Assembly: GCA_036377435.1 (NCBI GenBank) | Contig: DASUYM010000314.1 | Location: 547-64,546 of the forward strand | Length of the DNA stretch: 64,000 nt | Direction: 5' to 3' | Source: Propionibacteriaceae bacterium | GTDB lineage: Bacteria > Actinomycetota > Actinomycetes > Propionibacteriales > Propionibacteriaceae | Shown: positions 28,016 to 36,939 of the stretch, one piece after another | Numbering within the stretch: position 1 is the stretch's first letter | Layout: each line of letters begins with the position of its first letter | Position numbers and translations under genes: made by a program | Notes under the pieces: generated by a model | What the model saw: only the letters and a program-made list of their open reading frames with translations | The model's database searches: none | Told to the model about the DNA's origin: nothing

Positions 28016-28675
28016 CTATGAGCCGCGCTTTAGGCCAAGAGTGGCCAAGAGGTCCTCGTGGAGCTCCATCCAAACCGTGTGGCACGAATCGATCTTGGGT
28101 TGGGCGACCCACGCTCGCTCGCCGCGATCCACCCTCTCCAGGGCCGCTGAGTACCGTTCGGCGTACCCGGCGAAGCGCTGCAACGCAGCTGCGAGCTGCT
28201 CGCACACCGGCCGAAGCCGGCGTTGAAGACCGCGCAGATCAGCGAGGACACCCTGATCCCAGCGCCAGTCCATGTGATCGTTCGCGGCCAAGGGATCCAC
28301 CCGGTCCGGCCGGATTTGCCAGTTCGTGACGGCCGCCAGCAAATCTGAGTTGAGGGCAATGAACACATCATGTGCGGCGACCACCTCGGAGCGTGCCCCG
28401 GTCTGGTCCAGCTCGGCCGACAGGCGTCGCTCGTTCTCGGCACGACCCGTCCCAGTCAATGCCCAGCCGTTGATGTCGGCGAAACTCACACGACTGATCC
28501 ACCCGAAGGCTTCGTAGTCGAGCAGCAGTTCGTGCACGAGGTCAGGAGCTAAAACAAAGCGCTGGGCCACTGCCTCGACGTCCGCCATCCCCTTCACGCG
28601 CAACCCGTGCAGAACGAGCAGCTCGGGAGAAGAGATGTGCGCCACAGCCCAAGACCTTAACTCGGCAGGCTGCAT
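28016..28675 (-). CDS. conserved hypothetical protein (possible winged-helix N-terminus)
   Basis: The ORF is 219 aa with protein-like composition (LLVLHGLRVKGMADVEAVAQRFVL...WALTGTGRAENERRL). I do not recognise a family. Confidence 0.45.
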   Translation of the reverse strand: MQPAELRSWAVAHISSPELLVLHGLRVKGMADVEAVAQRFVLAPDLVHELLLDYEAFGWISRVSFADINGWALTGTGRAENERRLSAELDQTGARSEVVAAHDVFIALNSDLLAAVTNWQIRPDRVDPLAANDHMDWRWDQGVLADLRGLQRRLRPVCEQLAAALQRFAGYAERYSAALERVDRGERAWVAQPKIDSCHTVWMELHEDLLATLGLKRGS

Positions 28676-28992
28676 GACCGATCGGGATTAGTACCGAGCG
28701 ACAACCACGCAGGCCCGTTGAGTCGAAAACGCCAGCCGAGATAATCTATGCGCTGTCGTGACTGACCGCCCCTGCTTTTAAGCCCGTTTGTCAGACAATC
28801 CGCCAAGTTCTGCATGACGGGCTGCATGACGACCAGCCCGCGGTGAGCAGACCACGCCGAAGCGTGAGGACTGTTTCGAGCTAGGTCGGACCGAAAGCGG
28901 GCGTCAGCCACGCACACGAAGCTGATGGGAGTTGTACAGGTCAATACGAGCTGCAGTGCTTCTCGATGCACTCACGGGGGTAAGGAGCAGTC

Positions 28993-30195
28993 ATGCGTGT
29001 GGCCATCGTTTCGACCTATCAGCCGCGTCCCTGCGGCATAGCGGTGTTTTCCTCCGATCTGCGGGCGGCACTCCAGGAGACCGACTCCTCGCTCGCTGTC
29101 GAGATCGTCTCCATCATTCGGGAGGATCCTCCTTCGCACCCACCAGAAGTCGTCACGACGATCCGCCAAGAAGTTGCCAGCGATTACGCCGCGGCAGCCT
29201 CCGAACTCAGACGACGCGATGTCGATGTCGTGCTGATCGAGCACGAGTTCGGCATCTTCGGCGGCGATTGCGGGAAGTTCGTTCTCACTCTCGCAGATGA
29301 GCTCACGGTGCCCATGGTCGTCACCCTGCACACCGTGTTGGCGAGTCCGTCACCCGGCCAGGCCGCCACATTGCGTGCGCTGTGCCGACGAGCGGCGCTG
29401 GTGATGGTGTTCACCGAGACGGCCCGTCGGATGGTCGTCGAGCAAGGTTTGGCTGAGTTCGATCGGGTGAGGGTAGTGCCCCACGGAGCTCCGGACATCC
29501 TGACTGCCGCCGCGTGGTCAGACCGAGTCGGGGAAGACCTCCCCAGCTCATCCCTGAAACTCGGTCTGCCGAGCCTCGCCGGTCGTACGGTGCTGTCGAC
29601 GTTCGGGCTTATCTCAGACTCAAAGGGCCTCGAACTGGTCATCCGTGCCCTGCCAGCAATCACCGCAGCCCATCCGGAGGTCATCTACTTGATCGCCGGC
29701 CAAACACACCCCGAGGTGATCCACAAGGAGGGCGAAAGTTACCGGCTGGGGCTGCAGCGCCTCGTACATGATCTTGATGTTCATGATCATGTGTGGTTCA
29801 TTGACCGATTCCTGACGACCGATGAACTGGCAATGCTGCTTGCTCGCACTGACCTCTACATGACGCCGTACCGATCGCGAGATCAGATCGTCTCCGGAGC
29901 CCTTACCTACGCCGTCGCCGCTGGATGTCCGGTGGTGTCGACCCCTTACTTCTACGCCGAGGACCTGCTGAGCTCGGGCGCTGGCGTGCTCGTGCCCTTC
30001 GGGGAAGCCTCAAAGCTGGCGACAGGCGTGCTTGAACTGCTCGGGTCGCCTGCCAAGTTGGCCGGAGCGCGGGCGGCGGCTCGGCGAGTGGGCGCGGATC
30101 TCACGTGGGCAAGTGTGGGCAAGGCGACCCTCGAACTCTTGTCCGAAGCCGCACATGGGGTGCTGCACCCAGCTGGGGTGGCGGGACCACGATGA
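28993..30195 (+). CDS. glycosyltransferase family 4 (GT-B)
   Basis: The N-terminus is MRVAIVSTYQPRPCGIAVFSSDL. The C-terminal nucleotide-sugar region is SGALTYAVAAGCPVVSTPYFYAEDLL. AAGGAG lies upstream of the ATG. Confidence 0.8.
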   Translation: MRVAIVSTYQPRPCGIAVFSSDLRAALQETDSSLAVEIVSIIREDPPSHPPEVVTTIRQEVASDYAAAASELRRRDVDVVLIEHEFGIFGGDCGKFVLTLADELTVPMVVTLHTVLASPSPGQAATLRALCRRAALVMVFTETARRMVVEQGLAEFDRVRVVPHGAPDILTAAAWSDRVGEDLPSSSLKLGLPSLAGRTVLSTFGLISDSKGLELVIRALPAITAAHPEVIYLIAGQTHPEVIHKEGESYRLGLQRLVHDLDVHDHVWFIDRFLTTDELAMLLARTDLYMTPYRSRDQIVSGALTYAVAAGCPVVSTPYFYAEDLLSSGAGVLVPFGEASKLATGVLELLGSPAKLAGARAAARRVGADLTWASVGKATLELLSEAAHGVLHPAGVAGPR

Positions 30196-31259
30196 GAAGT
30201 TCGCCGCAGATCCAGCCGAGCCATCTGCTCAACCTCGTCGATGATGTCGGCATCGTGCAGCACGCCTACGGAACCATTCCCAACCGATCCAGCGGCTACT
30301 GCGTTGACGACGTCGCGCGGCTGGTGATCACCGGACTGGCTCTGGAGCACGGGCTGAGCGACGGGCCCTACCGCCGAATTCTCGCTTCGGGGCTGGCTTT
30401 CTTGTTCCATGCCTGGGACAGCGGGCCGGTCGGCATGCACAACCTGATGGACTACAGACGTCGCTGGCAGGATGCTCCGCACGTCGGCGATCACATCGGC
30501 AGAGCCGCCTGGGCTCTCGGCGCGGTCATCGCGGACCAGCCGGAACGCGAAGAAGCTGCGCCGTGCCTGGGAATGCTCGCCGATATGCAGCCTTGCTTGG
30601 AAGGGGCCGCCACCCCGCGCGAGGCGGCGTACACGATCCTCGGGCTAACCCGACCCGATATCAGTGTTCTTCCAGCACCACTGCAGAGGCTGATCGACAC
30701 CTTGTCCGACCGACTCTGCAAGTGGTACGACGAGCACCGCCGGGAGGGCTGGCTGTGGTTCGAGAACTCTCTGACCTACGACAACGGCCGCTTGCCGCAG
30801 GCAATGATCGCGGCAGGGGCGCGCCTCGGAAAGACCGAGGTCAAGCAGCGTGGTCTGGAGGCACTCGATTGGTACGCCGACCAGTGCACCGTGGATAGCG
30901 ACGCCATCCGCCTGGTGGGCAATCGCTGGCGTCGGGCCGATGACCCTGGTCGTGCGCACGGTGAGGAGGGTGACGAGCAGCCCATCGACGCGGCGGCGCT
31001 GACCGAGGCACTGATCGAGGCCTGGACGTACACCGGTCGTCGCGAGTACGCCGGTCAGGCTGTGCGCACGTTCGAATGGTTCCTCGGGCGGAACACCCTC
31101 GGCCTGCCGGTTTACGACATAACCACGGGCGGCTGCCACGACGGTCTCGGCTTGGCCGGTTTGAACGCCAACGAAGGTGCCGAGTCCACCCTGGCCTACC
31201 TGCAAGCCCTGCTCGCGCTGGAGAACGCCGGCCTGCAGAGCTGCATCACCCGGCCATAG
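30192..31259 (+). CDS. conserved hypothetical protein of the GT4/GH130 operon
   Basis: ATG 30192 overlaps the upstream stop (ATGA). The 355-aa protein is helix-rich (possibly an alpha/alpha toroid). I do not recognise a family. Confidence 0.55.
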   Translation: MRSSPQIQPSHLLNLVDDVGIVQHAYGTIPNRSSGYCVDDVARLVITGLALEHGLSDGPYRRILASGLAFLFHAWDSGPVGMHNLMDYRRRWQDAPHVGDHIGRAAWALGAVIADQPEREEAAPCLGMLADMQPCLEGAATPREAAYTILGLTRPDISVLPAPLQRLIDTLSDRLCKWYDEHRREGWLWFENSLTYDNGRLPQAMIAAGARLGKTEVKQRGLEALDWYADQCTVDSDAIRLVGNRWRRADDPGRAHGEEGDEQPIDAAALTEALIEAWTYTGRREYAGQAVRTFEWFLGRNTLGLPVYDITTGGCHDGLGLAGLNANEGAESTLAYLQALLALENAGLQSCITRP

Positions 31260-32336
31260 ATGACGATCACTGCGAGAGTCGGGAATCGCGCACCGACGAC
31301 TGCGGAGGATCCAGTGCGCGATGCGCGAGCAGTGGGAAAAGTTGCACTCCTGGGGCCGATCGCGTGGCGTACCCCACCCAAGCACTACGGGCCGTGGGAG
31401 CAGGTGACCGGCCTCCTGGCCGATGGGCTGGTGCGGCGAGGTGTGGATGTGACGCTCTTCGCGACCCTCGATTCGCAGACTGCGGCGACCCTCGACGGGG
31501 TGGCCCCAGGTGGTTATGAGGAGGACAACAGTCTCGACGGTCGCGTCTGGGAAGGCTTGCATGTCGCCCACGCGCTGTCGCGCTCATCCGAGTTCGACTT
31601 GATGCACAACCATCTTGATTGGCTGCCGTTGGCGTTCTCGAAGCACTGCCGGACACGCCTGCTCACGACTATTCATGGTTTCTCTGATCGCAAGATCCTT
31701 CCGGCCTATCAAGCGGCCGATTCGGCGTACGTCTCGATCTCGGATGCCGATCGGACACCGGAGCTGGACTACTGCGCGACCGTTTACCACGGCATCGACC
31801 TCAGCCTGTTCGCCTTCTCGGCGACAGGTGGGGAGGATCTGGTCATCCTCGGCCGTATCCATCCCGACAAGGGCACAGCGGATGCCATCGACATCGCCAG
31901 CCGCGTCGGACGCCGGCTGAAGATCGCGGGCCCGATCCAAGATCCGGCCTACTTCCAGGATCGCGTTGCACCACTCATCGACAACGACCGCGTCTGCTAC
32001 CTCGGCTCAGTCGGTCCCGACCAGCGTTCGGACCTGCTCGCCTCCGCCGCTGCGCTGCTGCACCCCATCGCATTCGACGAACCCTTCGGGTTGTCTGTCG
32101 TCGAGTCGATGGCGGCGGGCACCCCGGTGATCGCCTATAACCGTGGCGCCATGCCAGAGATCGTCGACGAGGGCGTGACCGGTTTCCTGGTGTCAGACGC
32201 CAACTCTGCAGCAGCGGCGGTCGAGTCGGCGATCAAGCTCGATCGCAGCAAGGTCCGCCGCGTGGCGGAGCGCCGTTTCGGCGCGGATCGCATGATCGAC
32301 GATTACCTTGCTCTATATGCCACGATCCTCCGGTGA
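31260..32336 (+). CDS. glycosyltransferase family 4 (GT-B)
   Basis: The ATG immediately follows the upstream TAG. Motifs are KVALLGPIAWRTPPKHYGPWE and DEPFGLSVVESMAAGTPVIAYNRGAMPEIV (the E-x7-E region). Confidence 0.8.
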   Translation: MTITARVGNRAPTTAEDPVRDARAVGKVALLGPIAWRTPPKHYGPWEQVTGLLADGLVRRGVDVTLFATLDSQTAATLDGVAPGGYEEDNSLDGRVWEGLHVAHALSRSSEFDLMHNHLDWLPLAFSKHCRTRLLTTIHGFSDRKILPAYQAADSAYVSISDADRTPELDYCATVYHGIDLSLFAFSATGGEDLVILGRIHPDKGTADAIDIASRVGRRLKIAGPIQDPAYFQDRVAPLIDNDRVCYLGSVGPDQRSDLLASAAALLHPIAFDEPFGLSVVESMAAGTPVIAYNRGAMPEIVDEGVTGFLVSDANSAAAAVESAIKLDRSKVRRVAERRFGADRMIDDYLALYATILR

Positions 32337-33297
32337 GATCAGCGGCGAACTCTTTCAGCGCTATCGAGGCAACCCGCTGCTCAGTCCTGACCGTTGGCCG
32401 TACGCGGCCAACGCGGTCATGAATGCTGGGGCTGCGCAGGTCGAGGGGACAACCGTGCTGCTCTGCCGTGTCGAGGACCGACGGGGAATCAGTCACCTGA
32501 CCGTCGCCAGATCGCAGAACGGCGTTTCCAACTGGGTGGTCGACGAGGATCCACTGCTCGCGCCCGACCCGGCTCTGCGACATGAGGCCTGGGGTCTTGA
32601 GGACCCCCGGCTCACCTGGGTCGAGGATCTCAACAGCTGGGTGATCGCGTTCACCTCATTCGGACCTGGCGGCCCCGGACTCTCCTTGGCACTGACCAAG
32701 GACTTCCGATCGGCTGAGCGGCTCGGCATGGTGCGTGCTCCTGAGGACAAGAACGGCGCGCTGTTGCCGCGCCGCATCCGTGGTGAGTACGTCCTGCTTC
32801 ACCGCCCTGTGACGGTTCTGAGTCACCGGGCCGACATCTGGCTCTCGCGGTCCACGGACCTGCATAGCTGGGCCCCGCCGGAGCCCGTGCTGGCAGCCAG
32901 GCCCGGAGGCTGGTGGGACTCGGCCAGAATTGGGATCGGGCCGCCGCCCATCGAAACCCCAGAGGGCTGGCTCTTGATCTATCACGGCGTACGCCAGACC
33001 ACCTCAGGTGCGCTCTACCGCGCCGGCCTAGCACTTCTTGATCTTGAAGAGCCAGCCCACGTCCGGCGACGCTGTGGCGAATGGGTCCTGGGTCCGCGGG
33101 AGGAGTACGAACTCATGGGAGACGTACCCGGAGTCGTGTTTCCCTGCGGGATGATTCATCGGCCAGAGTCGGACGAGCTGCGGCTCTATTACGGCGCGGC
33201 CGACAGCTGCGTCGCGCTGGCCACCGCCTCGCTCTCGGAAGTCCTCGCCTTCGTCTTGGAACACGGCGAAGAGGATTCGACCGACCTTCAGATCTGA
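32317..33297 (+). CDS. GH130-family glycosidase/phosphorylase-like protein
   Basis: Motifs are GNPLLSP...AANAVMNAGA, EDPRLTWVEDLNSWVIAFTSF, LLIYHGV and LRLYYGAADSCVALA. It overlaps the upstream gene by 20 nt. Confidence 0.75.
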   Translation: MPRSSGEISGELFQRYRGNPLLSPDRWPYAANAVMNAGAAQVEGTTVLLCRVEDRRGISHLTVARSQNGVSNWVVDEDPLLAPDPALRHEAWGLEDPRLTWVEDLNSWVIAFTSFGPGGPGLSLALTKDFRSAERLGMVRAPEDKNGALLPRRIRGEYVLLHRPVTVLSHRADIWLSRSTDLHSWAPPEPVLAARPGGWWDSARIGIGPPPIETPEGWLLIYHGVRQTTSGALYRAGLALLDLEEPAHVRRRCGEWVLGPREEYELMGDVPGVVFPCGMIHRPESDELRLYYGAADSCVALATASLSEVLAFVLEHGEEDSTDLQI

Positions 33298-33323
33298 GGC
33301 GGCAACACTGCAAGCCCCAGCTA

Positions 33324-33398
33324 CAACTCCGCGTCACTTACTCGAGCTCCGCATCGTCTGCAGCTAGTGCGGAGCTCGAGCAAGCGAAGCGGAGTTGT
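33324..33398. repeat. 75-nt nested palindromic element, copy 1
   Basis: The outer stem is CAACTCCGC/GCGGAGTTG. The inner stem is CTTaCTCGAGCTCCGCA/TGCGGAGCTCGAGcAAG, with 13 bp perfect. The loop is 14 nt and contains CTGCAG. Confidence 0.8.
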
Positions 33399-33505
33399 GG
33401 CGCGAGGACATGTCACGCATGCAACGCGAGGCGGTTTGAGTTGCGGAACTTATCCACAGATTTCCGGTGACTAGGTTCCGTTGGTGTCCCTTAGTGCGTT
33501 GAGGT

Positions 33506-34417
33506 TTGCTCATGGATGAGATCAAGCTGACCCGCAACCTGTTGGACCAGGGCTATGACTATGACGATCTTCGGCGACTGCACCGTGGCGGTGAACTCAT
33601 CCGTGTACGGCGTGGAGCGTACGCCCTCCAGGACAGGCCAGATCTAGCCGTCGAGCAGCGGCATCGACGTCTGATAGTGGGAACCGCACCCCAACTCAGG
33701 GATGGCGCCGTCTTCAGTCATGGGTCGGCAGCTGTGTTGCATCGATTACCGGTGTGGGCGGCCGCGGTGGAGAGGGTCCACGTGACGCGTAACCGGAGCG
33801 GCAACGGCATCAAGCGCGCAGTCGTCCACCTGCATGGTGCGCCGCTCGATGGGCCTGAGATTGTCTTGATCGACAACATGGCCGTGACGTCGCTGGCTCG
33901 TACGGTGGTCGACCTCGCTCGTACCTTGCCAATGACGCAGGCGGTCGCGGCGGGTGATCGCGCCCTGGCGTTAGGTCTGCGGAGACAGGAGCTCGGCGCG
34001 TGCCTGAGTGCCATGGAACATTGGCCGGGTGTGCGTGCGGCGCGCCGGGTGGTCGAGTTCCTCGACGTGCGCGCCGAGAGCGTTGGCGAGTCCGTGAGCC
34101 GCGTACGGCTAATGGAGGAAGGGCTGCCACGGCCGGAGCTTCAACGTGAGATCTTCGGACCGGACGGGCGGCTCATCGCCCGCGTGGACTTCTACTGGGA
34201 TGAGCACAAGACGGTTGGCGAGTTCGACGGGAAGATCAAGTACGGCCGGCTGCTCAGGCCCGGGCAGCGTGTCGAGGATGTGATCTTCGACGAGAAAGTC
34301 CGGGAGGACGCGGTACGCGATCTCGGCCTGCAGGTAATCCGCTGGATCTGGCCAGACCTCTATCGCACCGGGGTCCTTCGTGGCCGAGTGCACCGAGCCT
34401 TCGCACGCGCTTCCTGA
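33506..34417 (+). CDS. AbiEi-N-like / DUF559 (Vsr-like endonuclease fold) protein
   Basis: The N-terminus reads LRRLHRGGELIRVRRGAYAL...AVFSHGSAAVLHRLP. The C-terminus reads RVDFYWDEHKTVGEFDGKIKY...REDAVRDLGLQVIRW. This is a common actinobacterial family. Confidence 0.7.
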   Translation: MLMDEIKLTRNLLDQGYDYDDLRRLHRGGELIRVRRGAYALQDRPDLAVEQRHRRLIVGTAPQLRDGAVFSHGSAAVLHRLPVWAAAVERVHVTRNRSGNGIKRAVVHLHGAPLDGPEIVLIDNMAVTSLARTVVDLARTLPMTQAVAAGDRALALGLRRQELGACLSAMEHWPGVRAARRVVEFLDVRAESVGESVSRVRLMEEGLPRPELQREIFGPDGRLIARVDFYWDEHKTVGEFDGKIKYGRLLRPGQRVEDVIFDEKVREDAVRDLGLQVIRWIWPDLYRTGVLRGRVHRAFARAS

Positions 34418-34420
34418 TTG

Positions 34421-34494
34421 CCACTCCGCTTCATTTACTCGAGCTTCGCAGCCTCTGCAGCTGGTGCGGAGCTCGAGCTAGTGCAGCGGAGTGG
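34421..34494. repeat. 75-nt nested palindromic element, copy 2 (same orientation)
   Basis: The sequence is CCACTCCGC..TTTACTCGAGCTTCGCA-gcctctgcagctgg-TGCGGAGCTCGAGCTAG..GCGGAGTGG. It is roughly 80 % identical to copy 1, and the stem substitutions keep pairing or give G-U. Confidence 0.8.
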
Positions 34495-34633
34495 AGGAAC
34501 TAACTCCCTGGTCCGGAGCGCCAAAATCACCCCCCAAGAGTGAGGCGGCCCGTGGCACCGTCCACCATGCTTTCGGATGGATCGCCTTCACCTGACCTAG
34601 CCGGCGATTCACGACAGAGAGGATGTACTCCGC

Positions 34634-35122
34634 ATGGCGACATTGACCGCATGGGCTTTTGACACCGTCGACGGTGCCGAGCAGGCGTCCCAGAAGTTAC
34701 AGGCGCTCCAGTCCCAAGAGCTGATCAAGATCCAGGACGCCGCGGTCGTCTCTTGGGAACCGGGAAAGAAGAAGCCGAAGACCCGGCAGCTGAGCAACAT
34801 GACGGCGGCCGGTGCCCTTGGCGGCACGTTCTGGGGCATGCTGTTCGGGTTGATCTTCTTCGTGCCGCTGCTGGGAGCAGCGATTGGCGCCGGCATTGGT
34901 GCGCTGGCGGGCTCGATGACCGATGTTGGGATCGATGACAGCTTCATCGATGGTGTGAAGCAACGCGTAACGCCGGGTACGTCAGCGCTGTTCGTGCTGA
35001 GCTCGGATGCGGTTATCGATCGCATCAAGGACACCTTCAAGGACAGCCACGCTGAGCTGATCGCCAGCAACTTGACAGAGGAGCAGGAGGCCAAGCTGCG
35101 CGAGGTCTTCGTCGAGGAGTGA
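34634..35122 (+). CDS. DUF1269-family membrane (glycine-zipper) stress protein
   Basis: The sequence is ATLTAWAFDTVDGAEQASQKLQALQSQELIKIQDAAVV...AAGALGGTFWGMLFGLIFFVPLLGAAIGAGIGALAGSMTDVGIDDSFI. Confidence 0.75.
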   Translation: MATLTAWAFDTVDGAEQASQKLQALQSQELIKIQDAAVVSWEPGKKKPKTRQLSNMTAAGALGGTFWGMLFGLIFFVPLLGAAIGAGIGALAGSMTDVGIDDSFIDGVKQRVTPGTSALFVLSSDAVIDRIKDTFKDSHAELIASNLTEEQEAKLREVFVEE

Positions 35123-35147
35123 TCTTGGCCGCCAGCACCTTCTCAGC

Positions 35148-36908
35148 ATGAAGGAGGGGAGCGGCGGCGGCGCTGGCGCAAGCTACGAGGACGACGCGTC
35201 GCCCTTCCAGCGCCCAGCTCGCCGGCCGCTCCTGCAGCGGCTGATCCCGGTATCCGAACAGGTACCGGGCTACCGCGGCGGAACCCTGCGGCGGGACTTA
35301 TTGGCCGGCGTAACCGTCGCCGCCCTGGCACTGCCGGCGTCGTTGGCGTACGCCGAAATTGCCGGCCTGTCGCCTGTGATCGGCCTTTACGCACTGCTGC
35401 TACCGGCAGTTGCGTACGCGCTGTTGGGCTCATCCCGCCAGTTGGTGGTCGGGCCCGACGGGTCTGTCGCCGCACTTGTCGGGGCAGCTGTGATCCCCCT
35501 GACCACCGATCCAGAGCAGCGGGCGTCCCTGGCAGCCATGCTGGCGCTGCTGGTTGGTGGTGTGTTCCTGGGAGCTCGGCTGATCCGGCTGGGCTGGATC
35601 GCGGACTATCTGTCACGGCCCGTGCTCATCGGCTACATCCACGGTGTTGCTGCTGTCTTGATCATCGGTCAGCTCGGCAAGCTGCTCGGCCTGAACATCA
35701 GTGCCCAGAATCCTCTGAGCGAACTGGTCGAGGTCCTCCGGGAGATCAACGACATCAGCTGGGCCACATTCGCGGTCGGGGTGGTCTGTCTGGCGGTCCT
35801 GCTGCTCTTCGGTTTGCTGTTTCCGAAGCTCCCGGCGCCACTCTTCGTCGTCGTGCTGGCCATTGTGGTCTCGGCTGTGGTGGGGCTGGCAAGCAAGGGG
35901 GTCGCAGTGGTCGGCGAGATCCCGGCCGGCTTGCCCAGCCTCGAAGTGCCTGACGTCCGGCTGACCGATGCACTCAAGCTCATTCCAGCCGCACTGGGCA
36001 TCTTCTTCGTCGGTTTCTCCGGCGGGATCCTGACGGCTCGGACCTACGCCGGCCGCCACGGCCAGCACGTGCACGCGGGTGCCGAGCTGGCTGCTTTGGG
36101 CGCGGCGAATTTGGCCGCCGGAATCAGTCAGGGGTTCCCCGTCGGTGCCAGCGGCTCACGTACATCGGTCAACGATCAGATGGGCGCCCGCACGCAGCTC
36201 TCAGGACTGCTTTCTGCAGGGGTGACCGCACTGGTTCTGCTCTTCCTCACCGGTCCCGTGGAGTATCTGCCCGTAGCGACCCTCGGCGCTGTCATTGTCG
36301 CCGCATCGATCGGGATGGTCGATCTTGCCTCCTGGCGGGGTCTCACGCGCCTCAGCCGCGTGGAAGTCGCGATAGCTGCCACAACCATGATGGGAGTGGT
36401 CTCTGTAGGCGTGCTTCGAGCGTTACTGATCGCCGTCGCCCTCTCCGTCGTGGACGCGGTCCGCCGCAGCGCCGCTCCGCACGACGCGGTGCTCGGCTGG
36501 GTCGAGCGATTGGACCGATACGCCGACGTACGGATCCACCCCACGGCCAGAGTCGTTCCCGGAGTATTGGTCTACCGGCTCGATGATCGCCTGTTCTTCG
36601 CGAACGCCCACTATGTCAAGGGCCGCATCCGCGAGGCTGTCGCAGGCGCGCCCGCGCCCGTGCATTGGCTGGTCTTCGACGCTGAGGCGCTTAACCATGT
36701 CGATGCCACGGGGGTCCGTACGCTGACCGAACTGATCGAGTCACTGCGTGATGAATCCATTACATTCGTCTTCGCCCGCCTCCACGGCCACATGAACGAT
36801 GACCTTCAAGCCGCGGGCGTCCTTGATGTGGTCGGCGAGGAGCACGTCTACCCGACCGTTCGCGCAGCGGTGGAAGCCGCAGAACCCAGACCTGATCCAC
36901 GTCTCTGA
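35148..36908 (+). CDS. SulP family anion transporter with STAS domain (second copy)
   Basis: The sequence includes LRRDLLAGVTVAALALPASLAYAEIAGLSPVIGLY. The STAS region reads GVLVYRLDDRLFFANAHYVKGR. It starts 25 nt after the DUF1269 gene. Confidence 0.85.
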   Translation: MKEGSGGGAGASYEDDASPFQRPARRPLLQRLIPVSEQVPGYRGGTLRRDLLAGVTVAALALPASLAYAEIAGLSPVIGLYALLLPAVAYALLGSSRQLVVGPDGSVAALVGAAVIPLTTDPEQRASLAAMLALLVGGVFLGARLIRLGWIADYLSRPVLIGYIHGVAAVLIIGQLGKLLGLNISAQNPLSELVEVLREINDISWATFAVGVVCLAVLLLFGLLFPKLPAPLFVVVLAIVVSAVVGLASKGVAVVGEIPAGLPSLEVPDVRLTDALKLIPAALGIFFVGFSGGILTARTYAGRHGQHVHAGAELAALGAANLAAGISQGFPVGASGSRTSVNDQMGARTQLSGLLSAGVTALVLLFLTGPVEYLPVATLGAVIVAASIGMVDLASWRGLTRLSRVEVAIAATTMMGVVSVGVLRALLIAVALSVVDAVRRSAAPHDAVLGWVERLDRYADVRIHPTARVVPGVLVYRLDDRLFFANAHYVKGRIREAVAGAPAPVHWLVFDAEALNHVDATGVRTLTELIESLRDESITFVFARLHGHMNDDLQAAGVLDVVGEEHVYPTVRAAVEAAEPRPDPRL

Positions 36909-36939
36909 CGTTGTTGTGCTTCGCTCCGCTCGGCGTGGA

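Noticed and set aside
34418-34543. A 41-codon TTG-initiated ORF ending KITPQE-stop. Its counterpart is a 17-codon ORF at 40604..40657 ending KITPKE-stop.
   Set aside because: The first ORF is almost entirely the palindromic repeat element. The shared part is only 6 codons, and the starts are weak. The similarity is reported as a DNA motif instead.
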